A stretch of 57,777 nucleotides of DNA, counting the filler, from Dirinaria sp. TL-2023a (Eukaryota): assembly GCA_051941275.1 (NCBI GenBank). It is 3 parts of 3 records of this genome, joined end to end, with 100 filler letters (N's around TTAATTAATTAA, not from the genome) between each part and the next. Parts side by side here need not be neighbours in the genome. Positions count along the whole stretch, not along the records: positions 1 to 19,210 come from JAVEBF010000347.1; positions 19,311 to 38,515 come from JAVEBF010000348.1; 1 more part is not named here. One strand, 5' to 3'. This document shows, piece after piece, positions 12,621 to 23,936 of the stretch. Made by a program: the position numbers and the translations under genes. Numbering within the stretch: position 1 is the stretch's first letter; each line of letters opens with the position of its first letter. Under the pieces are notes generated by a model that saw only the letters and a list, made by a program, of their open reading frames with translations, did not search any database and had not been told where the DNA came from.

Positions 12621-13900
12621 GTGTCAGGAAACTTGGGGAGGTGCTGAAGCCAGGACAAGAAAAAACCTTGAAGCAATATTCCAGAAAACCAAGAATAAGA
12701 AAATATCTAAAGACGTGCTGGAGACAGCATTAAAAAAAATCGAACAAAGCCAATCTCGAAGGAACAAAATAAGGAGTCACGCTAATCCTCAAAACATGCC
12801 GAAGTCAGCTTACAGCAAAAAAATGAATTGAAAATGTTCCGCAAGGCACAAGAAATGATGAGGCTGATGACGAGATGGAGTGAGCGCAGCGAAAATCAAA
12901 TCGATCGTGATCTTGAAGGGACAGAATAAGAATTTTCCCTAAAGCGATGCTGTTTTAAGCACAGGAAAAGAACAAATTCGAAGATATTTCGGAGAGAAGA
13001 AAATAAGAAGACACGCTGATATGAAGACGTGCTCAAAGCAGCGCGAAAAAATGACATATCAAAAATGCTCCAGAAGGGATAAAATGAAAAAGAATCTGAA
13101 GAGGTGCTGAAAGCGGCACAACAAAAGGACGATAGGAAATTCTCCAGAAGAGACAAAATAGGAAAGATTCGAAAGGAATGCTGAAGATAGAACAGAGAAT
13201 AAAAATAAATTGAATGGGTTCCGTAAAGGACCAAAAATGATGACGTCGATGATGTGCTGGGGACAGCTCAAAATGAACAGATCGAAAACGTTTGGAAGAG
13301 ACAGAGTCAGAAAGATTTGAAAGGAGTGCTAAAGTTAGCACAGAAAACTTGTTCGAGAAGGACATAATCAGAAAGAAACTGAAAGTCTGCTGAAGCTGGC
13401 ACAAATAAAATCAATTTGAGAATTTTTCAGAAGAGACAAAATGAAAAAGGTACCGAAGACCCGCTGAACCTGGCACAAATAAAAATCAATTTGAGAATTT
13501 TTCAGAAGAGACAAAATGAAAAAGAATCTCAAGGGTGCTGGAGACAGAACAGCAAACAAAAAAACAGATTGAAAATATTCCAGAAGATACAAATTGAAAA
13601 ACAATATGAAGAACTGGTACATGAAACACAAGAAAAAGTTGATGGAATAAGTTCCCGAAGAGACAAAATAAAGAGATTCGGAAGGAGTGCTGAAGACAGC
13701 ACAAAATGAACAGATTGAAAATGTTCCATAGGGCGCAAAATTGAAAAGAAAACTTAAGACCTGCTGAACCTGGCACAAATAAATAACAGATCGAAAGTTT
13801 CAGAAGATACAAATTGAAAAAGAAAATCTGAAGGACTGGTCCATGAAGCATAAGAGAAAATCGATGGAATAAGCTCCAGAAGGAACAAAATAGGGAGGTA
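12340..13900 (+). repeat. A-rich degenerate ~65-75 bp tandem repeat array with higher-order duplications
   Basis: Recurring GAAGA.GTGCTGAA...GCACA..AAA...TTCCAGAAG.GACAAAAT. Near-exact pairs at ~13396-13449 vs ~13470-13524 and ~13563-13670 vs ~13785-13892. Confidence 0.8.
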
Positions 13901-14154
13901 TGCTTCCTGATTTCTCACCATCTAACTACCTAAAGCTTACTATTTCTAGACTGATATGTTCCAGAGAAAAAGACATCACCTAATCTTGGTTCGAATCTCC
14001 TCCATCATAAGGCTTCGGGCGGCCCCTGCTGTTGAACGGTCGTCGTTCAGCCCATAGCCAGCGGCAAAAATTTACATTGCCTCCTGGCTCTGTCTCACGC
14101 TCAGATGGCCGCTATGATCACTCTCCAGGTCTAACCATCACTGATCCAAGCGGA

Positions 14155-14875
14155 CAGAAAGGAGTCCCCTGAACGGACAATACATTCCGAAACTCTTCTT
14201 CGGAGGAATTAGCTTCTGAAGAAGTCTCTGCTCATATATATATAGCAGTCTAATGAGCAACGGGCGTCTGCTGGCCAGACGGTAAATTTTAAAACTCCCA
14301 CCGCTTAATCATGAAGTCTGTTCTAACATAACGTCAGCCCAAATGCATCGATCTTCAGCAACTCTATCCATGGCAGGAAGTCCGTGCTGCTGGATTTTGG
14401 CTCATAGAGGTCAGAAAGGAGTTCACTGAAGGAAACAATACGTTCTGAGACTCTTCTTCTGAGAAATTAACTTTCAATATGCAGAGTCCAATAACTAAAG
14501 GGCGTCTGGTGGCCAGACGGTGAATCTCCCACCCCTTGATCCTGAATTCTGTTCTAACGTATCTCAGCCCAAATGCATCTATCCTCAGCAACTCTATCCA
14601 TGACGGGAAGTCCGTGCTGCTGGATTTTGTCTCATCAAATCAAGAACAGAAAGGAGTCAACTGGAGGGATAATAAGTTCTAAATCCTTCTTCCGAAGAAG
14701 CATTCTTTCTAATTTAGCGGTCCAATGACAATGGGCGTCTGCTGGCCAGACGGTAAATTCAAATTTCCCAACCTGTTAATCATGAATTCTGTTCTAACAT
14801 ATGTCAGCCCAAATGCATCGATTCTCAACAACTTTATCTATGGCGGGAAGTCCGTGCTGTATTTTGCCTCATCGA
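14155..14875 (+). repeat. Three tandem ~235-bp intron-containing modules (family B)
   Basis: GGGCGTCTGSTGGCCAGACG|GT at ~14262, ~14500 and ~14733. Each is followed by an intron-like segment (14282-14337, 14520-14567, 14753-14807; GT..TTCTAAC..CAG) and CCCAAATGCATC...GGAAGTCCGTGCTG. Confidence 0.85.
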
Positions 14876-16089
14876 GGGGGTCATATGCTCACTTTCCTAA
14901 AAGCACAGAGTAAGGAAATCAACCGATCTTGTGCTCTGTTCGAGAAGATGGGACCGTGGATCTCATTCTAGAGTCCCTTTTCCTGAGCCAGATTATTCTC
15001 TATCGTGCGCTTCTTTCAAGCAGCAAACAGCTGCGGATTCTCTTTTTATCCTTTCATTCGAAAAACAGCAATATATTCGGCGAGAAGAGCTTACTCTATC
15101 AACGAACAAACAGAAATAGAAGAACGGAAGCGAAGAGACAAGAAGTAGGTTCCAGCTCCTCTATTCGCAAGCAGTTGATTAACTTATCTTAGTTCGAACG
15201 TAATCGCCAGAAAAGACTCTCTTCATCATCAAACTTTCATGACTATTTCTCTGAGGTCACCCGAAGAAGTGCATACAATGAATTAGAGCAAGCCTCGACA
15301 GCAGCATCTGCTTTTCAACCGGCGATAGAGCCAATCTTTCGGTACAGCTCTTCACCAGCACCACCGAGCAAGCTAATGGTCAACCCGATACCGCTCTCAG
15401 ATCTTCAGAAACTCATGACGCCAATGAATTCGTCGATCACGACGACTTGATGGATGAGCAAGTGAAAAGACAACCGAGGATCAATCACCGACGACGGGAA
15501 ACGAAGTTTTCGCGAAAATATTACGGCTACCGCCTAGGTCCTTATATATACTCCCTCATCACAACAAATCACAACATATTGGAAAAATTTCTGATTGGCA
15601 GCATTTCGATCGACTCATCAACCCTTTCATGATAATCGTCATGTCAATTCTCAAAGAACAGAACTCATCAATTCGACTTCAGCTTTCGCTTCAGGTGAGC
15701 AAAAGGCGACGGCAGAATCTGCCTTTCAATCAGCAAAAAGCGCTTCAGCTTCTCGTACAGGCTCATCATACCAAGCTGTAAGATATCAGCTAAACTTCTC
15801 CCGCGAGAAGCATTTTCGGTCGACGCGGATTCACCGTTTGCTACTGCTTTACGATAGCAAAAGGCGACAGCAGAATCAGCTTTTCAATCAACAAAAATTC
15901 CTTCAGCTCCTCATGCATACTCATGGCAAAAAGCCTCAGAACATCAGAAAACTGCGTCTCATGAGGAGTACTTGCAGTTGGCTCATCCATCTTTCCATGA
16001 TGAATTCTCGATTCTACGACTTGAATCTGGGCAAGCTTTGGTCGCTTGTGCTAGAAGACTCATCGCCAGAAGAATGTTGTCAAACTACA

Positions 16090-17260
16090 AAGGAGGAGGA
16101 GGACTCTGCTGGACGGACGGTGAGTTCCAAAGCATCAAGCATCTCTTCAGATCATTATCCGCTAACATGTTACAGTCCTCCGAGACAGCTTATACATGAT
16201 ACAAAGACTGTTTTATCATTCATTGTACCTCCTCTCTTCGACAAAACACTCAATGTCAGAAAAGAGCTCATGCCGATTTTTGACGATTGGGAAAAAGAAC
16301 TCTGCTGGACGGGCTGTAAGTCTCAAAGCATTGACTATCTCTCTTGACGATCAATCTCTGACAGATAATAGTCCTCCGAGACAACGCAAATATCATATAA
16401 GGAATGCATCCATCGTATCTCCTCTCTTCTACGAAACACTCACAATGCCAGAAAACCATTCTTGTGAATCTCCGAAGAAAGAGGGAAAATCCGCTGGACG
16501 GACGATCAAAACACTCAGAATAACAGAAAAAGGTTCATTTCGAGTTCCAAAAAAGAGGGCAAAGGACTCCGCTGGACGGACGGTAAGTCTCAAAGCACCA
16601 AGTGTCTCTTTTGAATTTACCTTCTAACATTGTATAGTCCTCCGAGACCGGCCAGATTACAAACATGAGCAGGGACAAGAGTAGGGCTGGTTCCGTACTG
16701 CTTGATCTGGATCAAACACTCAAAATGCCAGAAGAAAACCTTCATCGAGCGTCTAAGGAAAAGAACTCCGCTGGACGGAAGGTAAATTTCAAAGCATCTC
16801 TCACGCTTCATGATCACCTTCTAACTTTTTATAGTCCTTTGAGACAAGTCAGATTACAGAAAAGAGCAGAGACAAGAGAAGGGCTGGTCCCATACTATTT
16901 GATCCGCACAAAAGAATCCAAATGTCAGAAGAGCATTCTTTTGAAGCGCCGGGGGAGGACTTCGCTGGGCGGACAGTAAGTCTCGAAGCATTAACCACAT
17001 CTCTTGACTTTACCTTCTAACATGTTTCAGTCCTTCGAGACGAGTCAGATTACAGACGAGTGCAGAGACAAGAGTGGGGCTGGTCCCGTACTACGTGATC
17101 CGCATCAAAAACTCAAAATGCCAGAAGAAAAATCTTGTCAAGCGTCAAAGAAGAAGGATCATCTTCTAACATGTTTCAGTCCCCCGAGACAAGCCAGATT
17201 ACAAATGAAACCAGAAACAAAAATACGACTGACCTCGTTCTACTTGATCCGCAAAAGGGG
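16090..17260 (+). repeat. Tandem ~200-bp exon+intron modules (family C), with an outlying copy at ~8170-8330
   Basis: ACTCYGCTGGACGGACG|GTRAG...CTRAC...YAG|TCCTYYGAGAC. Introns at 16120-16175, 16316-16371, 16583-16637, 16782-16834, 16976-17030 and 8193-8244. Confidence 0.9.
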
Positions 17261-17390
17261 CAGGGCCCAAAGTTCCTACTTAAGTCCAAGTAGTACGGCT
17301 GGCTCCGTACCACTTAGTTCGGAAAAAGAACAGGTCTTTCATTCTTACAGAAGAGTAAAGAGTCAGATGATCGCCGTCAGAATTTTATGA
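16445..17390 (+). CDS. Putative spliced orphan repeat protein (260 aa; ~47-48 aa repeats, one per phase-0 exon)
   Basis: Exons 16445-16582 (138 nt), 16638-16781 (144), 16835-16975 (141) and 17031-17390 (360) join without stops: MPENHSC...KDSAGRT|SSETGQIT...KNSAGRK|SFETSQIT...EDFAGRT|SFETSQIT... No recognisable homologue. Confidence 0.4.
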
Positions 17391-19210
17391 CGAAGGTGAA
17401 TGAGGAAGGAGGAGAGAAACGGAAGAGAAGGGGAAAGAAGAGGGGCATGGACGGTGTCGCCATGCTGCGCCTCCTACGATTTTGGGGCATGGTTTGCGCT
17501 TGGTATACTATAAATATCCACAACACATCTTCTCGTACAGACCCATCTCCACAAGCGTGAAGATATCGGATAGTATCCTCTCAGAAGGAGTATTTTCGAT
17601 CGACCCGTCGACGCGCCGACCCTTTCATGACAGTCGTCATGGAAACTTTTCAGAGAGAAAGACTCCCGACGTCAACTACAGCTCGCAATTCACAAGCTGA
17701 GGCTGGGTACTCTCAAGCAAGACGTCAAGCGCCAACTTATGAGAGTTTTAGATCGAGCTACCACGATGATTCAAAGCCGAGGAGGGATGCTTGACGCCGA
17801 GTCGTGAATGTTGGTAGAGGGAAGAGCTAGTGACCGTGAGATTTCAGATGCTGGTAATTCAGCTCTGAATAAATGAAGAGTTGCTAACCACACTTTATAA
17901 TAACAACGAATCTATTCAAACATCAGCTTGCTAATCTGCTCGTCACAGAAACACAGAAGATCAATGACATCGCCTCCGATAGGCTTATGATAGCTAAATT
18001 TCGATGTAATTGGGAGCTTACACAACGATCTCTGATAAATTCTTGGAATCTCCATCTGCAACTGAAACTCATTCAGGCCCTCAGACATGTTATGAAAGCA
18101 GAGCCGGGCTTGGCTCTTAAAACATTTTAACATATGAATCCATCAAGACAAAGAGCTCTACACGAAGTTATCACTCGCTCTACCTCTGTTAAAGGCCGAA
18201 AGTATTGAGAAATAGAAATTTTGACATGTACCCGGAGATCATGGGCGGTACGAAGTATGACAAATTGTCAGAAGTATACCGCCAGGGGTACAATGGCATC
18301 GCTAGTGCTGAACAAGTACTGGATTGGTATATTTTAAGAAAAGTGATTTGGTTGGTTGATGAAGTCGCGGAAAACTAAGAGCAGTTATGAAAGGCCTAAA
18401 GGCCTGCCATCATGCTTTGTTGGTGGTTCTCGCGAGGCGCTTTACTTATGGGAGGATGACGTTCCGAGGAACTCCTACCCTGGTTACATATTTGCTATTT
18501 GCGCTTACTAAGACTCAGCAACTGTCTAGCACTTTCGGTGCAGTTTTAAGGGGCTTTTGCTTCTAGACCTCTGAAATTTCTTCTATTCCCGGTACCCGCA
18601 TTACCCCACGTTCCTTGTTGGGTTACAATCTGACGATACCGATGAGATTCGAGGTCGCAAAGGAATTCTTGAATCCTGAAAAAAAGCTTCAAGAAGTTAT
18701 TCGAAGAGCCATCGAACATCCTTGCAACTCGAAACGGAGCTATCCTGAAAGAAACTTCGCTGATACAAAGGAGCTGATGAAGCAGAAAAGAGCCAGTATA
18801 AATACATCAAACTTCAAACTGCGTCACATCCATCTGGAACATGGTCGTTGCACTGAGAACCTCCTATAGCTTGACAGCAAACATCATATCCTCTGATCAA
18901 TACTATCATCGTTTATGGCTCGATTTGGCAAAGAACTTTCTCCGCTCTTCTATCTGACGAAGAGAGTTCGAGACAGAATCTGAGAATCATGCTTGAAAAA
19001 TATTTGATGGGCAATACTATTGAATAGTAGCTATATTTCCCTCTTTGTTACTCATGAAATGCTATGATCATTCGATTCCTTCGAGTGAAGGCATGGCTCT
19101 CCCGACCATCTTGAGTTCTGAGACAAAACTTACATGAAACCCTCTGCTTTCTCCTACATTAGTGTTGCACGTATTCATTTATCGTGATGAGAGTCATGAT
19201 TGCACAGAAA

Positions 19211-19310
19211 NNNNNNNNNNNNNNNNNNNNNNNNNNNNNNNNNNNNNNNNNNNNTTAATTAATTAANNNNNNNNNNNNNNNNNNNNNNNNNNNNNNNNNN
19301 NNNNNNNNNN
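19211..19310. other. Artificial contig linker (N44-TTAATTAATTAA-N44)
   Basis: Symmetric N runs around a six-frame-stop 12-mer, 100 bp in total. Confidence 0.97.
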
Positions 19311-21970
19311 ACTGCAAAGGCAACATCAGGTCCTAGTCCTGTACAGAAAGCCGGCACCTTTGCCTATCAAGGATGTTATTCAGAGGGCACAAACAGTCGC
19401 GCCTTGTCCGACAAGCAGACAGCATTGAGCAGCATGACAATTGAACAATGCGCGAGCTTCTGTCAAGGCTATAAGTATATGGGCACAGAGTACTCCGATG
19501 AATGTGAGTCTGATTTGAAGTCTTGTGTGATTCTCGAGCTGATTTAATATGTATGTAGGCTATTGCGGTAACAGCATTGCTACTGGCTCTGCGCCAGCTA
19601 CTGACGGTTGCAATATGGACTGCAGTGGTGATAGCACCGAAATATGCGGAGGGCCTTCAAGGCTTTCTTTCTATCAAAGGAATACCACCGCTGCGACATC
19701 GACAACCTCAACGACATCGACAACCTCAACGTCTTCAACGTCAGCCAAAGCTACTGCAAAGGCAACATCAGGTCCTAGTCCTGTGCAGAAAGCCGGCACT
19801 TTTGCTTATCAAGGATGTTATTCAGAAGGTACAAACAGTCGCGCCTTATCTGACAAGCAGACAGCATTGAGCAATATGACAATTGAACAATGCGCGAGCT
19901 TCTGTCAAGGCTACACCTATATGGGTACAGAATACTCCGACGAGTGTAAGTCTGATATTCCAACGTGTTGTGATTCTCGGATTGATTGAATTTGTAGGCT
20001 ATTGTGGCAACAGCATAGCTACTGGCTCCGCGCCAGCTACTGACGGTTGCAATATGGACTGCAGTGGCGATAGCACTGAGCTCTGTGGGGGCCCGCTAAG
20101 GCTCTCTTTCTACAAAGTCAAGCCTTCAACTCCTTCGATCGTCCAAAAAGCCGGATCGTTCAGCTACCAAGGGTGCTACACCGAGGCGACTAACGCGAGA
20201 GCTCTTTCTGCTAAGACCACAGCTAGCAGCACGATGACCGTGGAGCAATGCTCAACGTTCTGTACCGGCTATTCAATTATGGGCGTTGAGTACGGCGGTG
20301 AATGCTATTGTGGTAATACTCTGAGCACTGGTTCTGTTCTCGCCACCAGCGGATGCTCGATGACTTGTAACGGGGACGGATCCGAATATTGCGGAGGCCC
20401 TAACCGTCTGAATCTCTACAGCACCAGCAACATCGCCAAAGCGAGCTCAAGCAGCACCCAGTCAAAGACAAGTACCTCGACAAGCAGCACCACTTCGACT
20501 ACAAGCACGTCATCAACAAGCAGTACATCATCTACATCCAGCACGACTACATCCAGCACTTCAACAACGAGTAGTACGTCATCTACATCCAGCACAACGA
20601 CAACATCAAAAGCTGCCGCAGCAACACCAACGATTGTTCCTGGAAACACCAATTATACCTACACCGGCTGCTATACGGACGCCGTGTCTGCACGCTCATT
20701 ACCGAAGGAGAATATGGCCAACAACCAGATGACGGTAGAGAGCTGCCTGCAAGCTTGTTCAGCGTATACCTACGTAGGGTTGGAATACGGAAGGTAAGAA
20801 AGCTCTTTGCTGTCTTGAAATACCTTGTCGCGGCGCTCTAACCACGGCAATAGGGAATGCTGGTGTGGAAACACTCTAGCCTCAACGGCAGCCCAAGCTA
20901 CCGCCGAAAGCCAATGTAATATGAAATGCCTGGGGGACTCATCAGAGCTGTGTGGAAGTTCGAACCGCTTGACGCTCTATACCCATGTATCGGCCGTAAA
21001 GGCGCAGGCCAAGTTTGCCTTTGCACACAAAGCTTCTTCAAGCAGCTCTACTCTAACCGGTTCCTCCTCGATTACGCCTTCGAAGGTTTCTTCTACGAAA
21101 TCGTCTCCTACAAAGCATGTGCCGACTATTAAGTCTACCAGCAGTCATGCTACCACAAAACCCTCGACCTTCGTCTCATCCGTCAAGTCAAAATCGACAA
21201 CGACAAGCCACAAAACATCCAGTACGAAGACGACTCTAATTCCCACGCCTAGCCAAACCGTTGGCGCATACTCCTATCTCGGCTGTGCGAATCAAACCAA
21301 CCCTCTCGCTCTTGTAGGCATGTCGAAGAAAGACACGAAGAGTATGACCAACGAAGCCTGCCAGGCATTCTGCCTGAAGAACAACTATGGCCTTGCCGCC
21401 ACCCAGGATGGAGACACATGCTACTGCGGTAACGGCCTGCAGTCGTATTCTTCGCTCAATCACCAAACCTGCAAGACCCCTTGCGCGGGAAACTCATCTG
21501 AAATCTGCGGCGGCCACGACACAAAAGGTAGCAAATACCTAAGCGTCTGGAATTCTACATCAACCACAATCCCCGCAACCACCGTCAAGCAGGTCGGCTA
21601 CTATGTATCGCAGGGCTGCTACAGTAGCGCCAACAATGCCCCGATCCTCAAAGGGACAACCTACGTCAGCCCTAATGGCACGAGCGTCGAGTCCTGCGTC
21701 GGATACTGCATCACCAAGGGTTTCGCCATCGCCGGTGTGCAGGGCAACAAGTGCTACTGCGACTCGACATTGGCGAAGACGGCCAAGAAGGAAGCGATCG
21801 CCGCTTGCAACGGCCCTTGTGCAGGCAATAAGCGCGAATTTTGTGGTGCGGCGAGCAAGTGGAACGTCTACAAGAAGGACCTTGCGTCAGTGAACACGGA
21901 GGGTGTGCCTACGGCCATGAATCTGGCCAATATAGCCAGTATCAACGCTAATACCACTGCGTTGGCCTAA
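19311..21970 (+). CDS. Multi-WSC-domain Ser/Thr-rich extracellular glycoprotein (at least 6 WSC domains), 5'-truncated by the contig end
   Basis: Repeated Y.GCY...MT.E.C...C....G.EY..EC.CG.....C.M.C.G...E.CGG..RL motifs separated by S/T-rich linkers. Introns 19504-19558, 19946-19997 and 20794-20853. Confidence 0.92.
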
Positions 21971-22548
21971 GGGAAAAGTTTAGCATTTTGGATTATTTAG
22001 CGAATTGCCTTCATTCGTTTTAGAAAGCATGACTAGACGGTCGAAAGAGGTGCTTTTTTGGGCTTGGAGTGGCGGAGGTGAATTTGGGCCTTCCCAGGTA
22101 CTACAATACCTGCCCCTCATGGGTTGCATTTTGCATTATTTGGGAACTTTTCAAAACGGGGACCTCCATTTGTCTTTCAGAAGTAATTACTATATACCAA
22201 TACTTTAGGCAAAAAAATGCCACTGTCGTTACACCCGATCCTCTTCTACAGCTTGCCGTGTAATGCGAAGAACGAATGGTAATTTGTTAAAAGGTACAAA
22301 CGCATGTTTCTATTCATCGTCCCATAGCTCAGTTACCAGTCAAATCCACTTCAGCTGTCGCAAACCTGATACAGGATGGCTCTTTGTCCAGTTTCTTAAT
22401 ATATCCGGTGTCCAATTACGTTTCGACGACTCGACGACGGGCCAGAACTGTAGATCTAAATGAGAGGAAAATGGATTGGTAGGTAATCTACGATTGTATA
22501 GTATCGAGTAGAGTGCTGAACGTGAATGGGTATTTCTAAGCCTCCACG

Positions 22549-23936
22549 TCAAGTCAATAAGATAACGGCGCCGTCCTTTTTAATCACTGCAGCATCATCC
22601 GCACTCCCATATCTTCGGCGGACAAGCTCGAAGATAATCAGTCCCGCGCTGGTGCTGGGTACTTGTTTAATACTATTCCAAAAAAATCCGCGGAACAGCC
22701 ACTTCCTCCATCCTCCGTAACGCTCGACGTACGTTAGACAGTTTTTGTACGTTCTCTGGTATGAGGAGAAGTAGCTTCGTAGGATATTCGACCGGGAATG
22801 GGCACGTTGCATTTGCTGGTCTAAGACTGCGAGGGACTGGGAATACACGCTTTGGATAAGAGTGATTGGGTGTTGGATCAGCTGCTGTGCGAGGGCTGCC
22901 CAAATTCCTGCGAGCATGAGGAATGTAGGTTCGATGGCGTAGTGTGGCTTGATGACGAAGTCGCTGTAACTTTCGTCCATACGAGGTCGTAACATCGGAT
23001 CACGACCGCTTTCTCTCCAATGACCGTAATATCTTGTCACGAAATTGTAATAGCTTTGGGCCTTCACGTATTCGAAGGTCGCAAAGAACGCCCCGTAGCC
23101 AAGAGAATCTTTCACAAATGATAGACCCCAGCCGGCGAATACACGACGCATCCCGACTTCACCAAGCTTTTTATAGCCGTAGTGCCACATGTTCTTGTAG
23201 CGCCCTTTGGTTATGTCTGTGGTTCGAAAGCGTACCTGCAGAGCGTCTAAGGGAGCTGCGATGACCGATTGAATCGCGCCAGCGGCGAAGCCAGCCGCGA
23301 ATGCTTTCTGTGGGGATGGGGGAGGGTAAATTCGTCTTGACGACTGGGATGAAGGTTCATGTAATTTCCCAAGTATTTGAAGGTAAGATGTGTAGAGAAC
23401 CGCTCCAACGCTATGGTACATAGTCAGCTCAGTTCTCGAAAATAGATCTCCTCCAGCAATGCATAAACTTAGATTGCTCTTGACTGACCTGATGTTCGCA
23501 AGCATCGGCGGTAGCACTTGGTTGGGAAGAAAGAGCCAGCCATGTGTCTTGACAGCGTGCGTCAGAAGACCGGGGGTGCTCAATCGCCATGACCATGACT
23601 CGTTCGCCTGTACTCGAGGGTTGATGGCCCTTGCAAAAGCCTGGTAAGACGAGTAAGAAAGAGCATGGATACGCAGGTTTCGGTCTATTACCAAATAGCT
23701 ATTCCGTGGTCGTGAGCCGCTTTAGCCATTTCGAACTTTCAGTACGCTGCAAAATTTACTTACTCAACTCGAGTGCGGAAGAAAGCTTTCACCGGCGCCC
23801 TGAAATAGAAAGCAACAAGCTGCGAGCCAAGCGCTCTGACTCCAGCCGCGGATGCTCCTGTGGCCGCATTGCTCTTGGGGTCTCTTCTTGAAGGCTGCTG
23901 TGATGGGTTGTCTGGGGAATCAGTCGATGCGCTCAT
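22549..23936 (-). CDS. Mitochondrial carrier (SLC25)-like protein
   Basis: MSASTD...NAATGASAAGVRALGSQLVAFYFRAPVKAFFRTRVD|YL|AFARAINP, with the carrier signature APLDALQVR. Introns 23699-23763, 23641-23691 and 23411-23488. Confidence 0.85.

Noticed and set aside
8581..17260. Repeat arrays as a CRISPR array or transposon
   Set aside because: Eukaryotic context. Whole units are homologous with no unique spacers, and I recognised no terminal inverted repeats, LTRs, transposase or RT motifs.
19255..19266. TTAATTAATTAA palindrome inside N runs (also 38560-38571)
   Set aside because: Synthetic six-frame-stop spacer used to concatenate contigs; not biological.
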